A stretch of DNA of 35,120 bases from a virus. Lineage: Duplodnaviria > Heunggongvirae > Uroviricota > Caudoviricetes. The notes beneath the pieces are model-generated. The model worked only from the letters and a program-made list of their open reading frames with translations. It searched no databases and was not told the origin of the DNA. Both the position numbers and the translations under genes were made by a program. Shown here one piece after another: positions 1 to 8,418 of the stretch (within the stretch, counting starts at the first letter, position 1; every line of letters begins with the position of its first letter). Location of the stretch: IMG/VR virus record IMGVR_UViG_2534681658_000013, one strand, 5' to 3'.

Positions 1-30
1 CGCGATGATGACGGGTTCTCGTTTCTGCAT
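1..30 (-). CDS. Start of a leftward gene running off the window (only about 10 codons visible, MQKREPVIIA...)
   Basis: ATG at 30..28 on the minus strand preceded by a GAGGAA Shine-Dalgarno-like motif; the frame stays open to the window edge. Far too short to assign a function. Confidence 0.2.
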   Translation of the reverse strand, partial: MQKREPVIIA

Positions 31-59
31 ACTGATTCCTCGCGGTGCTGTTTCGCTTA

Positions 60-188
60 TCAGCCGTTAGATTTTGCCGAACTGGAAAGCGCCTGTTTAA
101 ACTCACTGAAGCTGAGAACTTCTTCGCCTTCGGCAAGACCTTCGAAGTATTCTTCGTAAGCCTTTTCCATGATTGTGTCGAAATCCAT
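60..188 (-). CDS. Small acidic hypothetical protein (42 aa, MDFDTIMEKAYEEYFEGLAEGEEVLSFSEFKQALSSSAKSNG)
   Basis: Hand-translated minus-strand ORF below the 60-aa cutoff of the ORF track. Its ATG lies 1 nt after the TGA of the upstream 78-aa ORF (TGAtATG), which suggests coupled translation in the leftward early operon. Confidence 0.3.
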   Translation of the reverse strand: MDFDTIMEKAYEEYFEGLAEGEEVLSFSEFKQALSSSAKSNG

Positions 189-189
189 A

Positions 190-426
190 TCACTCACCTG
201 AGTTTCTTTCCAGCCAGCGACGGGCACCATTTTCGGTTTTAAACGTTTTGCTTTTGGTATACGTCATCGCGGTGAACGTACCGTCCTGGTTGGGGAACAC
301 GCCACATACCAGAGATTCGCTGTTGCCAAGATCGATAGTATCCATGCTGACCTCATTTCCCCTTAACGCCGGGGTAGCGGAACAAAAACCTGCTGCATAG
401 TTATTAAAGTTGAACCCTGCCGTCAT
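190..426 (-). CDS. Hypothetical early-left protein (78 aa)
   Basis: ORF track; same orientation as and downstream of the repressor gene (position analogous to lambda rex or early-left genes). No recognisable motif. Confidence 0.4.
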   Translation of the reverse strand: MTAGFNFNNYAAGFCSATPALRGNEVSMDTIDLGNSESLVCGVFPNQDGTFTAMTYTKSKTFKTENGARRWLERNSGE

Positions 427-642
427 GTTCTTACGCCTCGGGCTGGCTACTTAACCCCTGACCACTGCCTGGTAACTCGAAGTATTGCCCTGCATTCTGT
501 GGGGCGGGGTGGGTGGCAGGTATATAATGTACTTTGCGTTCATTGTTGTAAAGTACTTTTAGTACATTCTGTGTGTAAAAAAATGAGATGGGATAAAGTG
601 AAGCACAAACCCGGAGGAAGGCGCTACCGGATTTATGCTGGT

Positions 643-1062
643 TTAAGAGGCTTTTTGTTTTTTCTTTCGTGCTAACTCTTCGTAAATTGCATTGTACTTC
701 TGTTTTTTCTCTTCAAGAGTTTTTAAAAGTTCATCTGTCTCACTGTCAGGGAGCTCGTCCAGAAGGTCAATGATGATTTTTTGTCTTGGATTTAACTCCT
801 GATAGAAACGTACCTGTCCACTTTCTTCTGTATCCTCTCCCAAAAGATAGGTTGGTGTTGTTCCTATTAGTGTTGCTAATTCCCTTAATTTCTCCCGGCG
901 AGGAATTGTTTCGCCATTAAACCATTTGCTAACCGCTTTTGGTGTTAATTTCATTCGACGGGCAATTTCTGCCTGCCTTCCATGTTGTTCATAACCAGCG
1001 TTTTCACAGGCTAGCGCAAGCCTACTGGCGAACTCTTTACGCGCTTTATCTTCATGAACCAT
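643..1062 (-). CDS. Phage repressor, HTH (XRE/Cro-CI type) DNA-binding protein without an S24 peptidase domain (RacR-like immunity repressor)
   Basis: 139-aa ORF with a helix-turn-helix signature in the N-terminal half and an acidic/lysine-rich C-terminus; transcribed divergently from a Cro-like gene across a 79-bp operator-type region. Confidence 0.8.
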   Translation of the reverse strand: MVHEDKARKEFASRLALACENAGYEQHGRQAEIARRMKLTPKAVSKWFNGETIPRREKLRELATLIGTTPTYLLGEDTEESGQVRFYQELNPRQKIIIDLLDELPDSETDELLKTLEEKKQKYNAIYEELARKKKQKAS

Positions 1063-1141
1063 AAGTTCAATGATATTCGCTCTTGAATGTACTGTCAGTT
1101 CTGTTATAGCATGTACTCAAAGTTCACATTGTGAGGGTGAT
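1063..1141. promoter_or_regulatory. Divergent promoter/operator region between the repressor and Cro-like genes
   Basis: 79-bp intergenic region between divergent genes; contains repeated GTACT motifs and a TCACAtTGTGA inverted repeat immediately upstream of the Cro-like start. Specific -35/-10 boxes not assigned. Confidence 0.45.
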
Positions 1142-1396
1142 ATGAACCAGAAAACACTTGAAGATGTAATCAAAACTGTTCGCGTTGCTGTTGTGGCCGA
1201 CGTTTGTGGTGTCAGCCAAAGAGCAATCTATAAATGGATGGATAACGGAAAATTGCCTCGCACAGAATATACCGGCGAAACAAATTACGCTGAAAAAATC
1301 GCTCTTGCATCAAACGGATTATTTTCTGCCGATGCAATTTTAACTATTGGCAGGAATAAAACTACTACGAAAAAGCTGATGGGAGTTGATTCATGA
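1142..1396 (+). CDS. Cro-like / YdaS-family HTH regulator
   Basis: ATG at 1142 preceded by GAGGGTGA; HTH-like segment VADVCGVSQRAIYKWMDNGKLP; position directly opposite the repressor. The ORF track reports a longer frame from 1070, but the internal start is better placed. Confidence 0.7.
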   Translation: MNQKTLEDVIKTVRVAVVADVCGVSQRAIYKWMDNGKLPRTEYTGETNYAEKIALASNGLFSADAILTIGRNKTTTKKLMGVDS

Positions 1397-1818
1397 AAAT
1401 CAAGCATGAACACATCCGCATGGCGATGAATGCCTGGGCGCATCCGGACGGCGAAAAAGTACCGGCTGCGAAAATTACCAAAGCGTATTTCGAGCTGGGA
1501 ATGACGTTCCCGGAACTGTATGACGACAGCCATCCGGAAGCCCTGGCCCGTAATACCCAGAAAATTTTCCGTTGGCTGGATAAAGACACCCCTGATGCTG
1601 TTGAAAAAATGCAGGCTCTGTTACCGGCGATCGAAAAGGCGATGCCGCCTTTGCTGGTGGCCCGTATGCGCAGCCACAGTTCTGAATATTACCGTGAGAT
1701 CGTCGAACGGAGGGATCGGCTGGTGAAGGATGTCGATGATTTTGTTGCGTCAGCGGTTGTTTTGTATGACCAGATGAATCGCGGCGGCCCGGCAGGGAAT
1801 GCTGTGGTGATGCACTAA
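1393..1818 (+). CDS. YdaT-like (CII-position) regulatory protein
   Basis: 141 aa, begins MKIKHEHI, which I recall as the N-terminus of the Rac-prophage YdaT family; overlaps the Cro-like stop by 4 nt; occupies the cII position. Assignment is from memory and synteny. Confidence 0.55.
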   Translation: MKIKHEHIRMAMNAWAHPDGEKVPAAKITKAYFELGMTFPELYDDSHPEALARNTQKIFRWLDKDTPDAVEKMQALLPAIEKAMPPLLVARMRSHSSEYYREIVERRDRLVKDVDDFVASAVVLYDQMNRGGPAGNAVVMH

Positions 1819-1840
1819 AAGCACGGTGTTCGGGGGTTTT

Positions 1841-2803
1841 ATGAGCAGCAAGCTTCATGGTCTTGTCTGGGAAGGGTGCGCCTTCACCGGCATGATCTTA
1901 TCCAGGGTGGCGGTTATGGCCCGTCTTGCAGACTACAGCAATGACGAGGGCGTGTCATGGCCTGCCATTGAAACTATCCGGCGTCAGATCGGTGCAAGAA
2001 GTGAATCCACAGTGAAATCGGCTATTGCAGAACTGGCGAAAGAGGGCTGGCTGACGAAGGAAGAGCGTAAGGTCGGTGGGCGTAATGTAAGCAATATCTA
2101 TCGGCTTAATGTGGAAAAACTCGAAGCAGCTGCGGCGGCGGCGCGTGAGTCATATAAACCGAAAAGAAAAATTAGCCCGGCAAAAAATGACCCGTTAACA
2201 GTTGACCCGTCAAATATTGACCCCTCAACGGTTGACCCGTCAAATTTTGATGGATCAACCGTTGATAAAAAACTGCCGATTAGGGGGGCGATGATTGACC
2301 CCGATCCGTCAGTATTAAAACCTGATCCGTCAGATAAAAGATCTTCTTGTCCGGACGCTTCGCAACCGGACCCGCAGACGGCTGAACAGGATTTTTTAAC
2401 CCGACACCCTGACGCGGTTGTGTTCAGTGCGATAAAACGCCAGTGGGGAAGTCAGGAAGATTTGGTGTGCGCACAGTGGATCTGGGGACGAATCGTGAGT
2501 CTTTACGAGCAGGCGGCCAGCTATGATGGCGAGATCACTAGACCGAAAGAACCCAACTGGACAGCATGGGCCAATGACGTTCGCACAATGCGGATGCTGG
2601 ATGGCAGAACTCACAGACAAATTTGTGAAATGTTTGGGCGTCTCCAGCGGGATTCGTTCTGGGTAAAAAACATCATGAGTCCGGCAAAACTCCGGGAAAA
2701 ATGGGATGAACTGGTTATCCGCCTGGGGCGTTTGCCTGCGCAGCGTTGCGTGAATCACATTTCTGAACCGGACACTGAAATACCGCCGGGATTCAGGGGG
2801 TGA
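1841..2803 (+). CDS. Replication initiation protein (lambda O-like) with internal iterons
   Basis: N-terminal winged-helix-like segment; central region encodes repeated peptide motifs (DPLTVDPSNIDPSTVDPSNFDGSTVD) caused by direct DNA repeats; immediately followed by a DnaC-like gene. Start could instead be the GTG at 1826. Confidence 0.7.
   Translation: MSSKLHGLVWEGCAFTGMILSRVAVMARLADYSNDEGVSWPAIETIRRQIGARSESTVKSAIAELAKEGWLTKEERKVGGRNVSNIYRLNVEKLEAAAAAARESYKPKRKISPAKNDPLTVDPSNIDPSTVDPSNFDGSTVDKKLPIRGAMIDPDPSVLKPDPSDKRSSCPDASQPDPQTAEQDFLTRHPDAVVFSAIKRQWGSQEDLVCAQWIWGRIVSLYEQAASYDGEITRPKEPNWTAWANDVRTMRMLDGRTHRQICEMFGRLQRDSFWVKNIMSPAKLREKWDELVIRLGRLPAQRCVNHISEPDTEIPPGFRG
2188..2335. repeat. Iteron array / candidate phage origin of replication inside the O-like gene
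   Basis: Direct repeats of TGACCCGTCAA-like units (tgacccgttaaca, ttgacccgtcaaat, attgacccctcaacgg, ttgacccgtcaaat, ttgatggatcaaccg, tgattgaccccgatccgtcag, cctgatccgtcag) with an A-rich stretch in the middle, as in lambda ori within O. Confidence 0.6.
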
Positions 2804-2809
2804 CGTGTC

Positions 2810-3556
2810 ATGAAAAACATTGCGGCAGGCGGCGTTCTTGAACGTATCCGAAGACTGGCTCCGCCACATGTAACCGCCCCATTCAGAACGGTAGCGAAGT
2901 GGCACGAGTGGCAACTTGCTGAAGGCCAGAAACGTAGCGAGGAGATCAACCGCCTGAATCGCCAGTTGCGGGTGGAAAAAATTCTGAATCGCTCAGGCAT
3001 CCAGCCGTTGCACCGTAAATGCTCGTTTGCGAATTACCAGGTGCAGAACGACGGTCAGCGATACGCGTTGAGCCAGGCGAAATCTATCGCTGATGAACTG
3101 ATGACCGGATGCACAAATTTCGCGTTTAGCGGAAAACCTGGTACCGGGAAGAACCACTTAGCAGCAGCTATCGGGAATCGCCTGCTGAAAGACGGTCAGA
3201 CAGTGATTGTGGTTACCGTGGCTGATGTTATGAGTGCCCTCCCCGCCAGCTATGACGATGGGCAGTCAGGCGAAAAATTTTTGCGGGAACTGTGCGAAGT
3301 GGATCTGCTGGTTCTTGATGAAATTGGCATTCAGCGCGAGACGAAAAACGAGCAGGTGGTACTGCACCAGATTGTTGATCGCCGGACAGCGTCGATGCGC
3401 AGCGTGGGGATGCTGACAAACCTGAACTATGAGGCCATGAAAACATTGCTCGGCGAGCGGATTATGGATCGCATGACCATGAACGGCGGGCTATGGGTGA
3501 ATTTTAACTGGGAGAGCTGGCGTCCGAATGTCGTCCAGCCAGGAATTGCGAAGTAA
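2810..3556 (+). CDS. DnaC-like helicase loader / replication protein (IstB-like AAA+ ATPase)
   Basis: Walker [12 protein letters not shown] and Walker B LLVLDEIG motifs; 248 aa; follows the O-like gene as in Rac (YdaV-like) and other lambdoid prophages. Confidence 0.85.
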   Translation: MKNIAAGGVLERIRRLAPPHVTAPFRTVAKWHEWQLAEGQKRSEEINRLNRQLRVEKILNRSGIQPLHRKCSFANYQVQNDGQRYALSQAKSIADELMTGCTNFAFSGKPGTGKNHLAAAIGNRLLKDGQTVIVVTVADVMSALPASYDDGQSGEKFLRELCEVDLLVLDEIGIQRETKNEQVVLHQIVDRRTASMRSVGMLTNLNYEAMKTLLGERIMDRMTMNGGLWVNFNWESWRPNVVQPGIAK

Positions 3557-3578
3557 TTTTTACCGGGAGAAAAATTTA

Positions 3579-4340
3579 ATGGAGACTGTTTTTGACGCAC
3601 TGAAAGCAATGGGAAAAGCCACATCCATAGAACTTGCTGCGCGACTTGATATCAGTCGTGAAGAAGTGCTGAACGAACTATGGGAACTGAAAAAGGCTGG
3701 TTTTGTTGATAAAAGCGCGTACACCTGGCGTGTGGCTGATAACAACGTTCAGCAGGAACAGCCAGCGCAGGCAGAACTGCCGGAAGAAATCACCACAGCA
3801 ACAGTAGCGAAAATCTCAGAGTGCGATTTAACCGCGACGATTGAACAACGAGGACCACAAACGGCTGATGAGCTGGCTACATTGTTTGGTACCACATCAC
3901 GCAAAGTGGCTTCAACGCTGGCAATGGCAATCAGCAAAGGTCGTCTGATTCGCGTAAATCAGGGCGGTAAATTTCGTTACTGCATACCGGGCGATAATTT
4001 ACCAGCAGAGCCGAAAGCAGCATCGGTAGCGGAAACTGATGGTAAGGCCTTTCCTCATACCGCAGGTGTTGCGTTACCAGTACAGGAGGCTGCAACACAG
4101 GAAGATATTAAAACAGAAACTGTGGCGGACATTGTGCAGTCGCTGCCATCGTTTACTGAAACGCGAGCGGATGACCTGGTTTTACCATCACTGCATATGG
4201 CAAACCGCGAACTGCGTCGGGCGAAAAATCATGTCCAGAAGTGGGAGCGAGTCTGCGCCGCGCTGCGGGAGCTGAACAAGCACCGGGATATTGTTCGACA
4301 GATTACTGATTCTTCCCGCCGTGTTGTATCGGAAAAGTGA
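3579..4340 (+). CDS. Hypothetical phage protein, probably winged-helix DNA-binding
   Basis: ATG at 3579 with GGGAGA RBS; N-terminal wHTH-like segment ([30 protein letters not shown]). No family assigned. Confidence 0.55.
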   Translation: METVFDALKAMGKATSIELAARLDISREEVLNELWELKKAGFVDKSAYTWRVADNNVQQEQPAQAELPEEITTATVAKISECDLTATIEQRGPQTADELATLFGTTSRKVASTLAMAISKGRLIRVNQGGKFRYCIPGDNLPAEPKAASVAETDGKAFPHTAGVALPVQEAATQEDIKTETVADIVQSLPSFTETRADDLVLPSLHMANRELRRAKNHVQKWERVCAALRELNKHRDIVRQITDSSRRVVSEK

Positions 4341-4355
4341 TTGCCGGAGGCGCTT

Positions 4356-4787
4356 ATGGCAAAAGTATTTACACAAGAAGAGCGGGAAAAAATTAAAGGG
4401 CAGGTTGTTGAGCTAGTACGCCGGAGTGGGCGCGAGACGTTACGGCAACTGGAAGCCAAGACAGGTGCGACAAGATATCTGATGAGCGTTCTCGCCAGAG
4501 AGCTGGTTGCCAGTGGCGATGTATACAACTCTGGTTACGGGTTATTCCCGTCTGAACAGGCTCGTAAGGACTGGCAAAATGCCCGCAAAAAACTATCCAG
4601 GGCAAAGGTGAAGAAACCATCTGTGGTTGATCCGGACCTTATCTGGTCATTACCAGACGGAGAAATACGCCGCTACGACAGGCGTCTGAACATAATCTGT
4701 CGCGAGTGCCGGAAGAGCGAAGTTATGCAGCGTGTGCTGGCGTTTTATCAGAATGGTTTTCGAGAGAGGCTTGGAGATCAGGGATGA
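4356..4787 (+). CDS. Hypothetical phage protein
   Basis: ATG at 4356 with GGAGG RBS 7 nt upstream; 143 aa; last gene before the AT-rich island. Confidence 0.5.
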   Translation: MAKVFTQEEREKIKGQVVELVRRSGRETLRQLEAKTGATRYLMSVLARELVASGDVYNSGYGLFPSEQARKDWQNARKKLSRAKVKKPSVVDPDLIWSLPDGEIRRYDRRLNIICRECRKSEVMQRVLAFYQNGFRERLGDQG

Positions 4788-4980
4788 ATAGAACGATGAA
4801 GGATGGAAGCTACATATTCTCGGTACTAAGATTTATTTTTCTGACACAAAATGACCATTTGGCGTTACATAATCCCAAAAAAACGTATCAAAAATCTCAA
4901 AATGCGTTACGATTAGAGAGTATTTTGATTCTGCGTGCTCATTTTTTGATTGCTGTGGCTTTTTGTTGTGGGAGTGTTGA

Positions 4981-6135
4981 ATGGATTATTTATCAGAAGT
5001 GTTAAAAATCATTGAAGGTGCAACAAAGGCAAATGCTTCGATGGCTAGTAATTATGCTGGGTTGCTGGCAGATAAGCTCGAACAAAAAGGGGAGGTCAAG
5101 CAAGCCAGAATGATAAGAGAAAGGTTGCTTAGAGCTCCCCAGGCGTTGGCAGGAGCTCAAAGGGCTGGAGGTGGGATATCTCTGGGCTCATTACCGGTAG
5201 ATATTGATAGTCGACTCAACACTGTTGATGTCAGTTATCCTAAATTAGACAGTTCAGAGATTTTTCTGCCTGCAGCAATCAGTACCCGTGTTGAAGAGTT
5301 TATCACTAATGTTCAACGTTATGATGAGTTTGTTAAAGCTGATGCAGCATTGCCGAGTCGTATGCTCGTGTATGGAAAGCCAGGAACAGGTAAGACTATG
5401 TTATCTAAGTACATCGCTACCCGCTTAGATTTTCCACTTCTTACAGTGCGTTGCGATACTTTGATTAGTAGTTTATTGGGACAAACCAGCAAAAATCTTA
5501 GACAGGTTTTCGATTATGTAATGCAGAGGCCATCAGTGCTTTTTTTAGACGAATTTGATGCTTTAGCTGGAGCAAGAGGTAATGAGAGAGATATAGGTGA
5601 GCTTCAGCGAGTTGTCATTTCACTATTGCAGAATATGGATGCGGCATCAGAGGATACGGTAATTATTGCCTCAACTAACCATGAGCAACTTCTGGATCCT
5701 GCAATCTGGAGGCGATTTAGCTTCAGAATTCCAATGCCTCTGCCTGACATACATCAGAGAGAGTTAATTTGGAAAAATCGTTTAAAGAATATGATATGTA
5801 GCGATCTAGATTTAAGTGATTTATCAAGAAAATCGGAGGGATTATCCGGAGCAATAATTGAACAGGTGAGCTTGGATGCACGTAGGGATGCAGTTATTGA
5901 AGGTGCAAGTGTGATAAATCACCATAAATTGTATAGGCGTTTGTATCTTGCGCAATCGCTTATGGAAGGTGTAAATTTAAGCACTTACGAAGATGAAATT
6001 CGTTGGTTACGTTCTAAAGATAAAAAATTATTTTCTATCAGAGTTCTTGCTAATTTGTACAAACTTACATCAAGAGTAATTTCAAACATTCTGAAGGAGT
6101 CAGGAGCATATGAGCAGAAGGGGTACACAGTTTAG
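4981..6135 (+). CDS. AAA+ ATPase (classic AAA family), first gene of a candidate two-gene defence cassette (IetA-like?)
   Basis: Walker A GKPGTGKT (5374..5397), Walker B LFLDEFD (DE at 5548..5553), second region of homology STNHEQLLDPAIWRRF; GGGAGTG RBS before the ATG at 4981; AT-rich codon usage distinct from flanking phage genes. Confidence 0.85.
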   Translation: MDYLSEVLKIIEGATKANASMASNYAGLLADKLEQKGEVKQARMIRERLLRAPQALAGAQRAGGGISLGSLPVDIDSRLNTVDVSYPKLDSSEIFLPAAISTRVEEFITNVQRYDEFVKADAALPSRMLVYGKPGTGKTMLSKYIATRLDFPLLTVRCDTLISSLLGQTSKNLRQVFDYVMQRPSVLFLDEFDALAGARGNERDIGELQRVVISLLQNMDAASEDTVIIASTNHEQLLDPAIWRRFSFRIPMPLPDIHQRELIWKNRLKNMICSDLDLSDLSRKSEGLSGAIIEQVSLDARRDAVIEGASVINHHKLYRRLYLAQSLMEGVNLSTYEDEIRWLRSKDKKLFSIRVLANLYKLTSRVISNILKESGAYEQKGYTV

Positions 6136-8374
6136 TAACGCAAAAGTTACAAACCCAATGTTAAGAATCCCTTTTTCCAGTAGTGACTTGGGTGCAATAG
6201 TAAACGCTGGCGGTGGGGCAAAGGTATTGGTTGATGTAACAGCCGAATATAGACAAGGGCTAGTAAGAAATTTAACAACCAGTAAACATTATTTAGAATC
6301 CAAACTTTCAGAGTACCCTGGAAGCTTGGGTACTTTGGTTTTCAAATTAAGAGACCAGGGAATAGCCAAAACGCATAGGCCGAACAAAATTGCTCAAGAG
6401 GCTGGATTGCAAAATGCCGGTCATGCCAAAATAGATGAAATGTTGGTTGCTGCTCATGCCGGCTGTTTTGACGTATTAGAGTCAGTCATTTTACATCGGA
6501 ATATTAAAGCGATTTTGGCTAATCTAAGCGCGATTGAGCGCATTGAACCTTGGGATGAGAATAGGAAGGTTCCAGGAGGCACTGATGGTTTGTTTGAATC
6601 ATCAAACATCCTTGTACGACTATTTGAGTACACAGGTGAAGATGCAACTTACAACAACTATGAAAACGTTATTTCTATATTAGAACAACACGGAGTTAAA
6701 TATGATGAGATTAGACCAAAATGTGGTCTTCCCTTATTAAGGATAATGGATTTATCCCCAAATGATAGATATATATTAGACATTCTCATTGATTACCCGG
6801 GTATAAGAACGTTAATTCCAGAACCAAAATATTCAGCATTCCCGGTTAGTGTAAGTGATTCTGTTGGCATTGAAACAAATAGCTTTCCCGTACCATCAGA
6901 AGAATTACCCATTGTTGCTGTATTTGACACTGGGGTAAGCCCCATCGCGGCAACAATTACTCCTTGGGTAGTGAGTAGGGAAACATACGTAATTCCTCCT
7001 GATACGAGTTATGAACATGGGACTATGGTGTCTTCATTGATATCAGGCGCTCATTTTTTAAATGACAATCATCCATGGATTCCTGATACAAAATCTAAAA
7101 TCCATGATGTTTGTGCTTTAGATGGAAATGGATCTTATATATCAGATTTAATTCTGAGGCTAGCAGATGCTGTAAATAAAAGACCAGATATAAAAGTCTG
7201 GAATTTGTCTTTGGGAGGCGGACCATGTAATGAGCAGATGTTTAGTGATTTTGCGATGGAGTTAGATCGGCTCAGCGATAAATTTGGTATTTTGTTTGTA
7301 GTTGCTGCAGGTAATTATGTAGATGAACCTATACGTACATGGCCAAATCCTGATCCGCTTGGAGGTGCTGATTTAATTTCCTCTCCTGGAGAGTCAGTCC
7401 GAGCACTAACAGTTGGTTCAGTTTCTCATATGGAAGCTAATGATGCTTTAAGTGAAATTGGAACACCGACACCATATACTCGTCGTGGCCCTGGGCCTGT
7501 ATTTACTCCAAAGCCAGATATAATCCATGCTGGCGGTGGGGTTCATAGACCTTGGAATGTAGGAGCAAGCAGTTTAAAGGTCGTAGGGCCAGATAATAGG
7601 CTTTGCTCTAATTTTGGTACTAGTTTTGCTGCTCCAATTGTGGCAAGTTTAGCTGCGCATACATGGCAGAGAATAGCCACTAATTCAGACTTTAATGTTT
7701 CACCATCATTGATTAAAGCATTATTAATTCATTCCGCTCAATTATCTTCTCCTGATTACTCGCCAAGTGAAAGACGCTATTTGGGAGCGGGAATTCCTAA
7801 TGAGGTTATTGAGACCTTATATGATAGTGATGATAGGTTTACTCTGATTTTCCAAACATTCTTGGTTCCTGGGGTGAGGTGGAGAAAGGAAAACTATCCC
7901 ATACCATCGGCACTTATTCAAAATGGAAAATTTAAAGGTGAGATTGTAATTACTGCTGCATATGCACCACCACTGAACTCTAATGCCGGCAGTGAATATG
8001 TTCGCGCGAACGTAGAGCTAAGTTTTGGCTTAATTGAGAATAATACTATAAAAGGAAAAGTACCTATGGAAGGAGAAAACGGTCAATCTGGATATGAGAG
8101 AGCTCAAATTGAGCATGGTGGAAAGTGGTCACCAGTAAAAATTCATCGCAAGGCATTTAATAAAGGAATTACTTCGGGTAACTGGGCTCTTCAAGCTAAA
8201 ACAACGTTGAGAGCGAATGAACCGGCCTTAATGGAGCCTTTACCTGTAACTATTGTAGTAACTTTAAAATCATTAGATGGAAACACACAAGTTTATGCTG
8301 ATGGCGTAAGAGCTTTAAATGCTAATAACTGGGCTCACTATCCATTGCCTGCTCGTGTGCCAGTTTCCGTATAA
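6110..8374 (+). CDS. Subtilisin-like serine peptidase (MEROPS S8) with large N- and C-terminal domains of unknown function; second gene of the cassette (IetS-like?)
   Basis: Catalytic triad in subtilase order: Asp in VAVFDTGVS (codon 6926..6928), His in HGTMVS (7016..7018), Ser in GTSFAAP (7622..7624). No N-terminal signal peptide. AGGAG RBS; the start overlaps the ATPase gene by 26 nt. Confidence 0.85.
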   Translation: MSRRGTQFSNAKVTNPMLRIPFSSSDLGAIVNAGGGAKVLVDVTAEYRQGLVRNLTTSKHYLESKLSEYPGSLGTLVFKLRDQGIAKTHRPNKIAQEAGLQNAGHAKIDEMLVAAHAGCFDVLESVILHRNIKAILANLSAIERIEPWDENRKVPGGTDGLFESSNILVRLFEYTGEDATYNNYENVISILEQHGVKYDEIRPKCGLPLLRIMDLSPNDRYILDILIDYPGIRTLIPEPKYSAFPVSVSDSVGIETNSFPVPSEELPIVAVFDTGVSPIAATITPWVVSRETYVIPPDTSYEHGTMVSSLISGAHFLNDNHPWIPDTKSKIHDVCALDGNGSYISDLILRLADAVNKRPDIKVWNLSLGGGPCNEQMFSDFAMELDRLSDKFGILFVVAAGNYVDEPIRTWPNPDPLGGADLISSPGESVRALTVGSVSHMEANDALSEIGTPTPYTRRGPGPVFTPKPDIIHAGGGVHRPWNVGASSLKVVGPDNRLCSNFGTSFAAPIVASLAAHTWQRIATNSDFNVSPSLIKALLIHSAQLSSPDYSPSERRYLGAGIPNEVIETLYDSDDRFTLIFQTFLVPGVRWRKENYPIPSALIQNGKFKGEIVITAAYAPPLNSNAGSEYVRANVELSFGLIENNTIKGKVPMEGENGQSGYERAQIEHGGKWSPVKIHRKAFNKGITSGNWALQAKTTLRANEPALMEPLPVTIVVTLKSLDGNTQVYADGVRALNANNWAHYPLPARVPVSV

Positions 8375-8385
8375 CAACTATATAA

Positions 8386-8418
8386 ATCAAACCCGCTGTA
8401 GCGGGTTTGATTTATTTG
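8386..8418 (+). terminator. Rho-independent terminator after the peptidase gene
   Basis: Perfect hairpin aaacccgc-tgta-gcgggttt followed by a T-rich tract (gatttatttg); the palindrome could act in both directions. Confidence 0.6.

Noticed and set aside
4706-5005. 99-aa plus-strand ORF spanning the island's upstream intergenic region
   Set aside because: Starts inside the preceding gene and overlaps the ATPase start in another frame; more likely the AT-rich promoter region of the cassette.
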